Shown here: in pieces, positions 31,321-43,000 of the stretch
Numbering within the stretch: position 1 is the first letter of the stretch
Layout of the letters: every line of letters starts with the position of its first letter
NCBI GenBank assembly: GCA_963716745.1
Contig: OY970320.1
Location: forward strand, 512,001 to 576,000
DNA from: an uncultured Gemmatimonadaceae bacterium
GTDB taxonomy: Bacteria; Gemmatimonadota; Gemmatimonadetes; Gemmatimonadales; Gemmatimonadaceae
Direction: 5' to 3'
Length of the DNA stretch: 64,000 bases
Made by a program: the position numbers and the translations under genes
The notes under the pieces: model-generated
Told to the model about the DNA's origin: nothing
What the model saw: the letters and a program-made list of their open reading frames with translations, nothing else
The model's database searches: none

Positions 31321-32919
31321 TCAGCTGCGCACGAGCACGACGGCGAGGTCGTCGCGCTGCAGCGCCTCGCCCGTGTGCTCGGCGAGCTCGTCGAACACGC
31401 GCTGCACGATCACACTCGGGCTCTCGGTGCGGTAGCGGCGCACGATGTCGAGCACCGGCTGCTCGCCGAGGCGCACGCCGAAGCGATTGCGCGCGTCGGG
31501 CACGCCGTCGGTGAACAGCAACAGGAGATCGGCGCCGGACACCCACGGGCGCTTGCTCGCCGTTGGCGTGCTCTCCACCATACCAAGCGGCGGGTCGAGG
31601 GCCGGCAGTCGCTCGGCGTTCCCGTTGCCCGACACGTGATACGCGTGTGGATGGCCGGTGTTCGCGTAGCGGAGCGATCCGAAATCGCGATCGATGATCC
31701 CATAGAACGTGGAGATGAACATCTCCGTCGTCGCGAGTTCCTCACGCAGCGTGTAGAGCAGCGCGTTGAGCATCTCGCCCGGATCGCCAGCCGCCTGCGC
31801 GTGGATGGCCGACGCGCTCATCGCGAGCGCCATGATGAGCGCGGCACGATAGCCGTGGCTCGACACGTCGCCGATCATGACGCCGGTACGGCCGTTGCCG
31901 AGCCGGAACAGGTTGTAGAAGTCGCCGCCCACGCTCTCGGCGGGCATCACGCGCGCGGCGGCCTGCGCCTCGGGCGCCACCACGTCCACGCTGGGCAGGA
32001 GCTTCATCTGGAGGTCGTGCGCCAGCGAGAGTTCCTGCACCAGCCGCTGCTGGCTGAGCGAAGAGCGCACGAGCCGCGTGTTCTGGATCGCGGTGGCGAT
32101 CTGCGTGGCGATGGCGGTGATGAGTTTCTGGTCGCCGGCGCTGAACGGCTGCTGCGTGGAGCGGTCGGAGAGGTTCACGACGCCCAGCGGCTCCGTGCCG
32201 CCGGCCGGCATCGTCCACATGATCGGCACGGAGAGCATGAGGCCGCGGCGGTAGTACGCCTCGGCTTCGCAATTCGTGCCGGGATCCTCCTCCACGATCA
32301 TCGCGCGCTGTTCGCGGAAGACGCGCGCGCTCACCGAGCATTCGTCGTGCAGCGCGATGGGCGGGATGTCGAGCACGCTCACGCCGAGCGCCGCGACCGT
32401 CTGCAGCGTGTCGGTGACGCGGTCGTGCACGAGGATCGAACCGCGTCGCGCGCCGACGGTCTCCGAGATCTCGCGCAGGATCGTGGCCGCCGCCTCTTCG
32501 AGTGACACCGTGCGTCCCAGGATCTCGGTGATCGTGTACAGCAGATTGATCTCTTCGTACCGCTCGGCGAGCTCGTTCGCGGCGTGCTCCACTTCGAGCG
32601 TCGACTGCAGTGACTGCGATACGACGGGCAAGAGGAACCGCGCGCAGCCTTCGAGCGACATGTCGGTGCGGCGGCTCGGTCCCACGGCGAGCCACGCGCG
32701 GCGCTGGCCCGGCACGGGGAGCAAGTGCACCGCCCCGCCCGGCGACTCCACGGTGATCGCGGTGGTGCCGGTGAGCGGCGGCGTCCATCCGATGGCGCCC
32801 ACGGCGGGCACCGCGGTGGCGATCCGTCGCGGCGGCCGCCCGTCGTCGGCGAGCCACACAGAGGCCGAGCAGGTGGTCGCGTCGCGGAAGCCGGTGAGTA
32901 CGGCCTCCAGGTCAGTCAT
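31321..32919 (-). CDS. GAF + PP2C (SpoIIE/RsbU-type) phosphatase
   Basis: GAF domain; VGGDFY, GDVSSHG, FTDG, DDLAVV. Confidence 0.9.
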   Translation of the reverse strand: MTDLEAVLTGFRDATTCSASVWLADDGRPPRRIATAVPAVGAIGWTPPLTGTTAITVESPGGAVHLLPVPGQRRAWLAVGPSRRTDMSLEGCARFLLPVVSQSLQSTLEVEHAANELAERYEEINLLYTITEILGRTVSLEEAAATILREISETVGARRGSILVHDRVTDTLQTVAALGVSVLDIPPIALHDECSVSARVFREQRAMIVEEDPGTNCEAEAYYRRGLMLSVPIMWTMPAGGTEPLGVVNLSDRSTQQPFSAGDQKLITAIATQIATAIQNTRLVRSSLSQQRLVQELSLAHDLQMKLLPSVDVVAPEAQAAARVMPAESVGGDFYNLFRLGNGRTGVMIGDVSSHGYRAALIMALAMSASAIHAQAAGDPGEMLNALLYTLREELATTEMFISTFYGIIDRDFGSLRYANTGHPHAYHVSGNGNAERLPALDPPLGMVESTPTASKRPWVSGADLLLLFTDGVPDARNRFGVRLGEQPVLDIVRRYRTESPSVIVQRVFDELAEHTGEALQRDDLAVVLVRS

Positions 32920-33382
32920 GCCGGTGGAGCGTCATCCGCACGACATTGCCGTGATTCGAGAATCGCTCGAGGCGGTCCATTAACCGCGTCATGAGGAAGA
33001 GGCCGCGGCCATCCTCGCGCTCGAGATTGTCGGGCGTGGTGGGATCGCTCAGGCACTCGGCGAGGTCGAACCCCGAGCCCTCGTCCACCACCTCGAGCAC
33101 CACGCGCGCGCGGTTGACGTCGGCCTTCACCTGCACGCGCGGGCCATCGCGATCGCTGTTGCCGCGCAGGATCGCGTTCGACAGCGCTTCGCTCAGCGCG
33201 ACGGGGATGTTGAGCGCGCACTGGCGCTGCGTGAAGCGGAACTGCTCGCAGTGCCGCGCGACGATGTCGACCACCGACTCAATGTAGCGAACGTCGCTCG
33301 GGATCTCGAGCTCGAGCGCCACGCGGAGCCGCAATGTGGCGACGGCGTCGTACGCCGGGTCGCGATCGCCGGTGTCCATCAC
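32912..33382 (-). CDS. Anti-sigma factor Ser/Thr kinase (RsbW-like)
   Basis: SEALSNAI, DEGSGFD, GRGLFLM. Confidence 0.88.
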   Translation of the reverse strand: MMDTGDRDPAYDAVATLRLRVALELEIPSDVRYIESVVDIVARHCEQFRFTQRQCALNIPVALSEALSNAILRGNSDRDGPRVQVKADVNRARVVLEVVDEGSGFDLAECLSDPTTPDNLEREDGRGLFLMTRLMDRLERFSNHGNVVRMTLHRHD

Positions 33383-33714
33383 TAGAACGACTGGAGCGCC
33401 CGCTCCTTCGTGTCCGAGATCTGGAAGAGCGTGTCGAGCTTCGTGAGCTCGAAGAGCGTCTTGAGATCGTCGTTCAGGTTCGCGAGCCGCAGCTCCCCGC
33501 CCTGCTCGCGGATCTTCTTGGAGAGCGACACGAGCACGCCGAGGCCCGAACTGTCGATGTAGCCGGTGCGGGAGAAGTCGATGAGCACTTTGCGCTCACC
33601 TCTCTCGAGCTCATCCAGGACCTTCTGCTTCAATTCCTGGCGATTGCCCACGATGAGCTGGCCGTCGACATCCACCACCACCACCTCGCCCTGCTTTGCG
33701 ATCGCGAAGCTCAT
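33382..33714 (-). CDS. STAS anti-sigma-factor antagonist (RsbV-like)
   Basis: YIDSSGLGVLV motif. Confidence 0.92.
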   Translation of the reverse strand: MSFAIAKQGEVVVVDVDGQLIVGNRQELKQKVLDELERGERKVLIDFSRTGYIDSSGLGVLVSLSKKIREQGGELRLANLNDDLKTLFELTKLDTLFQISDTKERALQSF

Positions 33715-34670
33715 GAAGTTCTCCCGGTGCGGTCACTGGTCCACGGTGTCGCCTGAAGGGCGGCGATGGCGGCCACATTGATTATGTCATCAGCGCTCGC
33801 GCCGCGCGAGAGATCGGTGCACGGTTTCGCGAGCCCCTGAATGATAGGGCCGATCGCGCGTGCGCGCGCCAGGCGCTCCACCAGTTTATACGCGGAATTG
33901 CCGGCGTCGAGTGAGGGGAATATCAGGACATTGGCGCCGCCCGCCACCGGGCTCCCCGGCGCCTTGCGGCGGCCCACCTCTGTCATGAGTGCGGCGTCGG
34001 CCTGCAGTTCGCCGTCCACGGGGAAATCGGCGCCGCGCGCGCGGAGGATCGCGACGGCCTCGCGCACGCGGTCGACACTGGTGCCGCTGCCGCTGCCGAG
34101 CGTGGAATAGGACAGCAGGGCGACGCGCGGCTCGTCGCCCACAATGCGGCGCCGGTCGCGCGCCGCCGATTCCGCGATGTCGGCGAGCTGCGCGGGCGTG
34201 GGCTCGGGCACCACGGCGCAGTCGGCGAAGGTGAGCACCTCTTCGCCCGCGCCGCGAAAATCGGCCGTCACCATGTAGAACGCGCTCGAAACGGTCGTCA
34301 CGCCGGCGGCGGGGCCGATCGTCCAGAGCGCGGCGTGCAGCACCTGCGCGGTGGTGTGCACCGCGCCCGCCACGCAGGCATCGGCCTGGCCGAGGGCGAC
34401 GAGGCCGTCGGCGAGATACAGCGCGTCGCGCGAGAGTGTGTCGGCCTGCTCCGCCGATAGTCCCTTGGCGCCGCGGCGCGCGAGCAACAACGCGGCCACA
34501 TCGCCGCACGCCGGATGATTCGCCGGATCGCGCAACAGCAGCGGCTCCACGATGCGCTCGCGCGCGAGGACCGCCACCGCCTCGAGGGTGCGCCCGTCAT
34601 CGCTCTCGGGGAAGACGATGCGCCGGCCGGCCGCCGTGGCGCGCTGGCGCACCGAGGCGACGAAGTTCAC
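33711..34670 (-). CDS. pta: Phosphate acetyltransferase (short PTA type)
   Basis: IVFPE, FADCAV, DGELQADAA, LSRGAS. Confidence 0.85.
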   Translation of the reverse strand: MNFVASVRQRATAAGRRIVFPESDDGRTLEAVAVLARERIVEPLLLRDPANHPACGDVAALLLARRGAKGLSAEQADTLSRDALYLADGLVALGQADACVAGAVHTTAQVLHAALWTIGPAAGVTTVSSAFYMVTADFRGAGEEVLTFADCAVVPEPTPAQLADIAESAARDRRRIVGDEPRVALLSYSTLGSGSGTSVDRVREAVAILRARGADFPVDGELQADAALMTEVGRRKAPGSPVAGGANVLIFPSLDAGNSAYKLVERLARARAIGPIIQGLAKPCTDLSRGASADDIINVAAIAALQATPWTSDRTGRTS

Positions 34671-35149
34671 GCCGACTTGAACTTCGCCTTGAGCGCGCGC
34701 TCCACCACCGGATGCACGAGCCCGGCGGTGTTGCCGCCGTAGCGCGCGACCTCGCGCACGATGCTCGAGCTCACGTACGTGAGATCGATGCCCGGCACCA
34801 TGAACACGGTCTCGAGCGCGGGATGCAGGTGCCGGTTCATGAGCGCCATCTGGTATTCGTATTCGAAATCTGCAACCGCGCGCAGTCCGCGAATGGAGAG
34901 CGTCGCCCCGGCGCTGCGCGCGAAATCCACGAGCAGGCCGTTGAACTCCGCGACGTCCACACGCTTGTCGTCCACCGATTCCTTGATGAAGCGCATGCGC
35001 TCCTCGACGCTGAACAGTGGCTGCTTGGTCGAGTTGATCGCCACCGCCACCACGAGCCGGTCGCAGAATGCGAGCGAGCGGCGGATGAGGTCCTCGTGTC
35101 CGCGGGTGATCGGATCGAAGCTGCCGGCATATACGGCGATCTTGCTCAT
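34667..35149 (-). CDS. coaD: Phosphopantetheine adenylyltransferase
   Basis: YAGSFDPITRGH, RGLRAVADFEYE, SSSIVRE. Confidence 0.96.
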   Translation of the reverse strand: MSKIAVYAGSFDPITRGHEDLIRRSLAFCDRLVVAVAINSTKQPLFSVEERMRFIKESVDDKRVDVAEFNGLLVDFARSAGATLSIRGLRAVADFEYEYQMALMNRHLHPALETVFMVPGIDLTYVSSSIVREVARYGGNTAGLVHPVVERALKAKFKSA

Positions 35150-35706
35150 GTCGCGTCACTCGCAGGAGTGGGTGCCGCCGCGCCGGCGCCGGCGCTGCGG
35201 TAGAACGTGATCGCGGTATCGCCGTACCGCCTCGTGTCGCCGCCCGGCGGCATCGTCTCCTTCGCCGCGTGCTCGATGCCGATGTGTGCCGCGAACGGCA
35301 CGGCGAGCCAGCGCTTCGCGACGCGATCAGCGAGTCCGAGTCCGTACGGTGGATCGACGAACGCCATATCGTACGCGTTCGCGGCCAGTCTTTCAATGAA
35401 GCGCAGCGCGTCGGCGCGGTGCACCTCGGCGCGGTCGCCGGCGCCGAGCTGCTCGATGTTGCGGCCCAGCGTCGCGAGACTCTTCGGCGCATACTCCACG
35501 AAATCGGCGTGCACGGCGCCGCGCGAGAGCGCTTCGAGCCCCAGCGCGCCCGAGCCGGCGAAGAGGTCCAGCACGCGCGCGCCGCTCAGTTCCCCCTGCA
35601 CGATGCTCATCCACGCTTCGCGCACGCGGTCGGCGGTGGGGCGCACGGTGGCGCCCGCCGGCGCCGAGATGATCCGGCCGCGCCATTCCCCCGCCACGAT
35701 GCGCAC
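35146..35706 (-). CDS. rsmD: 16S rRNA m2G966 methyltransferase
   Basis: RIVAGEWRG, RPTADRVRE, LDLFAGSGALG, DPPY. Confidence 0.92.
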   Translation of the reverse strand: MRIVAGEWRGRIISAPAGATVRPTADRVREAWMSIVQGELSGARVLDLFAGSGALGLEALSRGAVHADFVEYAPKSLATLGRNIEQLGAGDRAEVHRADALRFIERLAANAYDMAFVDPPYGLGLADRVAKRWLAVPFAAHIGIEHAAKETMPPGGDTRRYGDTAITFYRSAGAGAAAPTPASDAT

Positions 35707-35708
35707 CG

Positions 35709-37434
35709 TCAGGCGCGGATGTCGGCGATCTTCGCCTGCAGCCGCGACTCGCCCTGGTACTCGTCGCGCTCGAGGCGGAACGCGACGTCCACCGCACCGC
35801 CGGCCGCGAGCGACGATGCGCGGCCGCCCATCCCCCAGCCGATCGCGTCGAGCTCGGCGGCGCCGTCGGCGAGGCGCAGCTTGAGGTGCGTGTTCTCCTT
35901 GCCCATGGTGCGCGGCGCGCCGGCAAGCGACACGCGCGCGCGCGACGAACACCGGCGCGGGATTGCCGGGGCCGAACGGCTCCATGTGGCGCATGAGTGC
36001 CTCGAGGTCGGCGGTCGCGGCGGACGAGCGGGATCTCGAGGTCCACTCGCAGTTCCGGCACGAGGTCGTCGGCGGTGAGACGTGCGCACGCGACCTCGTT
36101 GAACCGCTGCGACGAACGCCTCGAGCTGGCCCGACGCGAGCGTGACGCCGGCCGCGGCGCGATGACCGCCATAGCGCACGAGCAAGTCGGCGCACTCGCC
36201 GAGCGCGCCATGGAGATCGAACGCCGAGATCGAGCGGCCGGAACCCTTCCCTTCCGCGCCATTGAGCGCGATCAGGATCGCCGGGCGCGCGAACCGCTCC
36301 ACAATGCGCGACGCGACGATGCCGATCACCCCGGGATGCCAGCCCTCCGCCGCGATCACGAGTCCGCGCGTCGCGTCGAGGTCGAGGCGCTCCACCATCT
36401 CGATCGCGGTGGTGAGCGTCTTCTGGTCGAGGTCCTGGCGGCGGCGGTTGAGTTCCTCGAAATCGCGCGCGAGACGCATCGCCTCCTGCGGATCGTTCGT
36501 GGTGAGCAGCTCGACGCCGCGGATCGCTTCGCCGAGCCGGCCGACGGCGTTCAATCGCGGCGCCAGCCCGAAGCCGACGCGGCCGGCGGTGAGCGGTTTG
36601 CCATCGAGTCCCGCCGCGCGGATCAGCGCGCGCAGCCCGGGATTCGGCGAATCGGACATGACTCTTAGGCCATAGCGCGCGATCACGCGATTCTCGCCGC
36701 GCAGCGGCGCGACGTCGGCGATCGTCGCGAGCGCCGCGAGGTCGATCATCTTGAACACTTCGTTCTCGTCGCCGCCCTCGGCCGCCGTGACGGCGAGCGC
36801 GAGCTTGAATGCGAGCCCCGCCGCGGCAAGATCGGGATCGGGATACTCGGCGCCCGCGCGCTTGGGATTCACCAGCGCCGCGCACGGCGGCGCCTCGCCG
36901 CTCGGCAGGTGGTGATCGACGATGATGAGATCGATCCCCGCGTCGCGCAGCGCGTGGGCCGCTTCGCGCGCGTTCGTGCCGCAGTCGCAACTGATCACGA
37001 GCTTCGCTTCGGCGGCCACGGCGGCGCGCACGCCGGCCATCGAGAGGTCGTAGCCATCCTCGATGCGGCGCGGGATGAACGGCGTCACGCGCGCGCCGAG
37101 CGCGCGCAACGCGCGCAGCCATGATGGCGGTGGAGGCCATGCCGTCCACGTCGTAGTCGCCGTGCAGGAGGATCATCTCGCCGTCGTGCAGCGCGCGCGT
37201 GATGCGCGCGACCGCGTCGTCCATGCCCGGCAGACGCGATGGCGGCAGCAGCTGGTCGAGTCGCGGGCGTAAGTATCGTCGCGCGTCGTCAATGCCCGAG
37301 TAGCCGCGGCGCGCGAGCAGTTCGCAGATCGCGGGCGGCAAGTGCAACTCAGCCGCGAGTGCGGCGATCGATGCGCTCGACGCGGCATCGGGCGGCGCCG
37401 GAAGGCGCCATCGCGTCGCGGGCGACGGGTTCAT
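35709..37434 (-). CDS. recJ: ssDNA exonuclease RecJ (several frameshifts)
   Basis: GDYDVDG, DCG, DHH, PRLNAVGR, GSGRS, GGH. Confidence 0.93.
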
Positions 37435-37470
37435 TCTGTCAACGTACGCCGGGATGCTCCACCACCGTCA

Positions 37471-38175
37471 TCATGCCGTTGCGTAGAGGAGCACGCCGCA
37501 GCCTTCACACACCTCGATCGCCTTGCCGCCGGCAATGCCGTTGCGCCGCTGCAGCGGGATCGCCGTGTTGCAGCGCCCGCAGGCTTGGCCGCGCAGCGCG
37601 AAGAGCGGTTCCGATTGCCCGCGGTCGCGGAGCCGCTCGTACTTGCTGAGCATCCCCTTCGAGACGCCCGCCGATGTTCCGGTCCGCTTGGCGATCGCGG
37701 CCGCCAGTTCCTTCTCGACCCCGGCGCGCGTCTCCGCGATCGTTGTGCGCTCCTCGGACTGCTTCTGCTCGATCTCCGCGATCTCGAGTTCCTGCAAGCC
37801 GGCCGCCTGCCGCAGGTCCATGATGCGCGAACCCATCGCGTGCAGGTCGCTCTCCTCCTGCGCGAGCACTTTGCGCGTCATCTCGATCTGCGCCATCGCG
37901 GCGGTCGCCTCGCGCGGCTTGCGCACCGCATCGAGCGCGCCCACGTGATGTTCCTGCAGCGCCTTGTGGTCCTGCACCTTGTTCGTGAGATCGCGATGGC
38001 GCGTCTCCTCGGCCTCCAGCGCCGTCTTCGCGCGCGTGAGCGCGGCGGACGCGCCGGCCTTCGCGCGGTCGAGTGCCGCGACCTGTTCATCGATCTCCTT
38101 CAATCGCGATCGTACCTGCTGGACGGCGAGATCATCCTGCTGCAGCGCCAGCAGGCTTACCAGATCTGGATTCAC
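37471..38175 (-). CDS. Coiled-coil protein with C4 zinc ribbon (DUF164-like)
   Basis: Long coiled coil with CGRC...CEGCG at the C-terminus. Confidence 0.8.
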   Translation of the reverse strand: MNPDLVSLLALQQDDLAVQQVRSRLKEIDEQVAALDRAKAGASAALTRAKTALEAEETRHRDLTNKVQDHKALQEHHVGALDAVRKPREATAAMAQIEMTRKVLAQEESDLHAMGSRIMDLRQAAGLQELEIAEIEQKQSEERTTIAETRAGVEKELAAAIAKRTGTSAGVSKGMLSKYERLRDRGQSEPLFALRGQACGRCNTAIPLQRRNGIAGGKAIEVCEGCGVLLYATA

Positions 38176-38197
38176 GAGAACCTCCTTAGAGTGTTGA

Positions 38198-40027
38198 TCA
38201 TCGGGCGAACGACTTGTATCGCCGCACGCCGAGCGCGACGACTTCGCGGTGCAACCGCTGCTTCTCGGCGAGCAATGCATCCTGTTCTTCCGGCGACGCG
38301 ATGCGGATCTCGCCGTCGATCTCGTCCAGTCGGCGCTCGATGAGCGCCGCGCGAATGTGGGCCAGGCAGCCGCTCAGCAGACTGGCCCGTGTCGAGTCCA
38401 TCCATCAGCGGCCGTTCGAGCAGCTCCTGGAAGAGCGGGCAAACTCTCGGGTTCGAGTCTCGGCGCGCAAGATCGCCGCTGGGGAGCGACGGGTCCGCGG
38501 CGATGATCGCCCGCATGATGTCGCGCAGCGTGGGATCGCTCAGGTCATCGGGACCCACCTGCTCGCTCGCGCCCTCGACGAGTGCGCGATCGTGCAGCAG
38601 AAGCCACACGAGGTCGCGCTCCGACGCCGGCGCGCGCGTGCTCGATCGCACCGGCGCGCGGCTGCGCAGCGGCGGCACCGGCGCGTTGGCCCGCTGCTCG
38701 TATCCCGGAACCGCCCGCGATCTATCGCGAGTCTCTCCAGGCGCCGGCATGGCATCGACCTCGCGACCCACGATCTCCTTTGCCACACCCGCCACTTCAG
38801 CAGTTCGGGTGAGGTAGATCTCCCGCATCAGCGGATCCGACGTCGCGCGGATGGTGGGCAGCAACCGGTCGAGCGCGCGGCGCTTCGTCGTGAGATCGGC
38901 GAACCATCCGGCGCGCTGCAGCAGCTGCACTTTGCGCTCGAACACGTTGATCGCGTGACCGAGCTGCTCGCGCAGCGCCGCGCCGCCCTGCTTGTCCACG
39001 AAGCTGTCGGGATCCTCGCCCTCCGGCAGCGTCACGACCTGCACCGACATCCCCTGCCGCAGCAGCTGGTCGCCCGACCGGAACGTCGCCTTGAGTCCGG
39101 CGCGGTCCGAATCGTAGAGCAGGAAGGCGTTCTTCGTGTAGTTCCGGATCAGCGCGCTCTGCTCGTCGGTGAGCGCGGTGCCGAGCGGCGCCACCACCCA
39201 GTCGAATCCCGCGGACACGAGGCGCACCACGTCGAAGTATCCCTCGACCACCATCACGCGATCGTCCTTCCGGATCTGGTGCTTCGCCATGTTGAGCCCG
39301 TACAGCAGCTTCGACTTCGAATACACGGGCGACTCGGCGCTGTTCAGGTACTTCGGCTCGCCCGGCCCGAGCAGCCGGCCGCCGAAGCCCACCGAATTGC
39401 TCGACGCATCGAGGATCGGGAACATGAGGCGGCTGCGGAATCGCGGACGCAGTTCCCCGCTCTCCTCACGCCGCACCAGCAGACCGGCGGTGAGCAGCAC
39501 CTCGTCGCTCATGCCGATCTTGTTCGAGATGCCCGCGCATCGCCGCCGGATCGCGCGGCGCGTAGCCGAGGCCGAAGCGGTCGGCGACGTCGCGCGACAC
39601 GCGGCGGAGCGAGAGATAGTTGCGCGCTTCCTCGCCTTCCTTCTCGTCCCACAGCTGCGTGCGGAAGTAATCGGCGACCGCGCTGTTCGCGTCCCACAGC
39701 GGCTGCCGCGGATCGGGGCCTTCGCGGCGCTGCCGCGTCTCCTCCACGATGATCCCGACGCGTTCGGCCACCTGCTTCACCGCCGACGGGAAATCGATGC
39801 CGAGCTGCTTTTGCAGGAAGGTGAACACGTCGCCCTTCTCGCCGCAGACGAAGCAGATGTAGAGTCCCTTCGACGGCACGACGGAGAAGTTCGGATGCGT
39901 GCCCTTGATGGAACGGGCACGGCCCGCGCCAGCTGTTGCCCACCTTCTTGAGCTTCACGTGCTCGCCGATCACCTGCGCGATGTCCACGGCTTCGCGCAC
40001 CTTCTCGACCGTCTCGTCGGTGATCAT
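38198..40027 (-). CDS. dnaG: DNA primase (several frameshifts)
   Basis: CPFH...CFVC zinc finger, GFGGR, KYLNS, EGYFD, YDSD TOPRIM. Confidence 0.94.
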
Positions 40028-40031
40028 CGCG

Positions 40032-42418
40032 CTACCTCAGCTCCGCCACGGTCATGCCCGCGCCGCCTTCGTTCCACGCACCGAGCCGGTGCGACGCGAC
40101 GCGCGGATCGCCGGTGAGGATCTCGCCCGCGCGTTCGCGCAGCGCACCGGTGCCTTTGCCGTGGATGATCCGCAACTCTTTCACATCGGAGCGCACGGCC
40201 GAGTCGATGGCGGCGATGAGCGCCTGCTCCATCTCGTCCACGCGGAGTCCGCGCAGGTCTACTTCCGTGACCGGGTTCTCGATCTGGCATCGACGTGAAG
40301 TGCGACGGCACGCCGGTGGCGGCGCCCGCCGGCGCGGTCGCGCGCGCGGTGCGCCTGAGCGTATGCGCCGGCACGCGCAGCTTCATCGCGCCCACGGCCA
40401 CAATGGCTTCTTCATCGCGCAGCGAGATCACGGTGCCCACGCGCCCCGCGAGCGTCTCGACCGCCACCGCGTCGCCCGGCGACAGCGCCACGCCGGCGAC
40501 ATCCGCGGCTTCGTCGGGCTGCACCTCGGGCGCCTCCCGCTCCAGCTCACGCACCGCGCTCGCCTGTGCTCCCGCGAGTTCCTCGATCCGCCGGCGCGCC
40601 GCCTTGGCCGCCTGCTCGTTCGCGCCGGCATCGCGCAGCTCCTGCACGACGCGCTCCACATCGCGACGCGCGGCGAGCAGCATCGCGCGCGACTCCTCGC
40701 GCGCGCGCCGCTCGAGCGTGCGCTCCGCCTCACGCGCCGCCTTCTCGCGCGCGCCGACATTCGCGAGCCGCGCCGCCGCGCTCTCGTGCGCCATGGCCGC
40801 ATCGCGCTCGCGCTGCTCGAGCTCCGCCGACCGGCGTTCGAGATCGGCGAGCAGCGCGTTGAGATCGCGCTCCTGCCCCGACATCCGCTCCTCGGCTCGC
40901 GCGAGCACATCCTCTGGCAGCGCGAGCCGCCGCGCGATGCCCAGCCCGTACGATCGGCCCGGCACGCCCTTCAGCAGCCGGTACGTCGGCTCGAGCCGCT
41001 TCTCGTCGAACTGCAGCGACGCGTTCACGACGCCGGGCCGCTCGGTGGCCAGCAGCTTGAGCGCGCCGAGATGCGTGGTCGCCACGGTGCGCGTGCCGCG
41101 AGTGGTGAGCGCCTCGAGCACCGCCGCGCCGAGCGCCGCGCCCTCCGCCGGATCGGTGCCCGAGCCGAGTTCATCGACGAGCGCGAGCGAGTCGCCGGTC
41201 GCGCGCGCGAGGATCTCGCCGAGGTTCCGGAGATGCGCGCTGAACGTGGAGAGGCTCGCTTCGATCGATTGCTCGTCGCCAATGTCGGCGAAGCAGTCGT
41301 CGAAGATCGGGATGCGGCTCTCGTCGCCGACCGTTGCGGGGATCCCGGCCTGCGTCATCGCCGAGAGAAGCCCGAGCGCCTTGAGGAGCACCGTCTTGCC
41401 GCCGGTGTTCGGCCCCGAGAGCAAAAGCGTGCGCTCGCCCGCGTCCATCGCGAGATCGAAGGGAACCACCGCACCCGCGCGCGCCACGAGCAAGCGGATG
41501 CCGACCCGCGAAGATCGCGAACCCTTCGCCCGGCGCCGCGAGCGCGGCGGGCACGCACGCGAATTCGTCGGCGAAGCAGGCGCGCGCGTAGAGCGTGTCG
41601 AGCACGATGAGCGCCTCGAGCGACGCGCCGAGCGCATCGCGCAGCGGACGCACCTCGTCGCTAAGCGCCGCAAGGACGCGTTCGATCTCGTCGCGCTCCT
41701 CTGCCTCGAGTTCGCGAATGCGATTCCCGAGTTCCACCGCCGCGGGCGGTTCCACGAAGAGCGTGCCGCGGCTGCCCGATTCGTCGTGCACGATGCCGCC
41801 CACGGAGTTGCGTCCCTCGCGCCGCACCGGGATCACGTAGCGTCCGTTGCGCATCGTGACCGACATGTCGGCCACGCGCGCGTTGGTATCGAGCTTGGCG
41901 AGGATCTTCTCGAGCATCTGCACGAGTTCCGACTGGGACGACGTGCGCTCGCGGCGGAGTTTGCGCAGCGCCGATGACGCGGAATCGAGGATGCTGTGAT
42001 CTTCGGCGATCGCCTTCGAGATCGATGCCTCCTCAGATTTCGCGACCACCAGTCCGGCGGCCAGCGGCGCGAGCCCGCTCGCCGCGCGCGCGGGGGCGAG
42101 CGCATCGCGCGTGAGGCGCGACGAGCGCAGCAGCGTGCCGATCCCGAAGAGATCGCCGGCGCTGAGTACGCTTCCCTCGGCGCGCAGCCGAGCGAGCGCG
42201 GGCGCGACGTCCGGAATCGCTTCGGGGCGCCAGCCGTCAGAACCCGCGATCGCCGTGCGCGCCGCTCCGACCAATGCGTGCTCGCGCTCGATCCATGCGC
42301 GGTCCGCATGCGGCGCGAACGTGCGCACGCGTGCGGCGCCGAGCGCCGAGGCGGCGCGGCCGGCCACGAGGTCGAGCACCTGCGGGAACTCGAGCACCAC
42401 GAGCGCGTGCCGGTTCAC
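40032..42418 (-). CDS. mutS2: Endonuclease MutS2 (frameshifts near 41500 and 40290)
   Basis: SGPNTGGKT, SLSTFSAH, DELGSGTDP, Smr IIHGKGTG. Confidence 0.93.
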
Positions 42419-42506
42419 GACCCCACCCCCACAAAGGGCTGGCGCCCGGACGGGAGCAACTTCGCTCGCGTCCGGGCGCCGGGGTGTGTCGCGGAGATGA
42501 TCACGG

Positions 42507-42950
42507 TCAGGGCTGAGGGCCCAGCTCCTCGCGCGCGATGCGGTTGATGACCGATCCATCGGCGCGACCTTTGAATTGCGGCATCACTTTGCCCATGACG
42601 GCGCCGATGTTCTTCGCGCCGCCCGCGACCGCGGCCTTGATCGCCACGCGCAGCTCGTCGTCGCTCACCGACGCGGGGAGATACTTCTCGAGCGCGGTGA
42701 ACTCCGCGCGCTCGCGCGACGCGAGATCCTCACGCGCGCCCTTCTCGTACATCTCCACGCTCTCCTTGCGGCGCTTGATCCCGCGGCGCAACACGTCGAC
42801 GATGTCGTCATCGGTCAGATCGCGCTGCAGCTCGATCCGCTTGTTCTTCACGTCGGCGAGGATGGTGCTCAGCAGGAGAGTGCCGAATTTATCCTGCGCC
42901 TTCCTCGCCGAATTGAGGTCGGCTTGGAGCTTGTCCTGGAGAGCTGCCAT
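42507..42950 (-). CDS. yqeY: GatB/YqeY domain protein
   Basis: IKRRKES.E.Y..G.R.DL..E...L..YLP, GAVMG...GRADG. Confidence 0.9.
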   Translation of the reverse strand: MAALQDKLQADLNSARKAQDKFGTLLLSTILADVKNKRIELQRDLTDDDIVDVLRRGIKRRKESVEMYEKGAREDLASRERAEFTALEKYLPASVSDDELRVAIKAAVAGGAKNIGAVMGKVMPQFKGRADGSVINRIAREELGPQP

Positions 42951-43000
42951 AGGACGCGAAACTTACCCCAGCGCACGGGAGCGTTCAAGCGAGCGGATCA

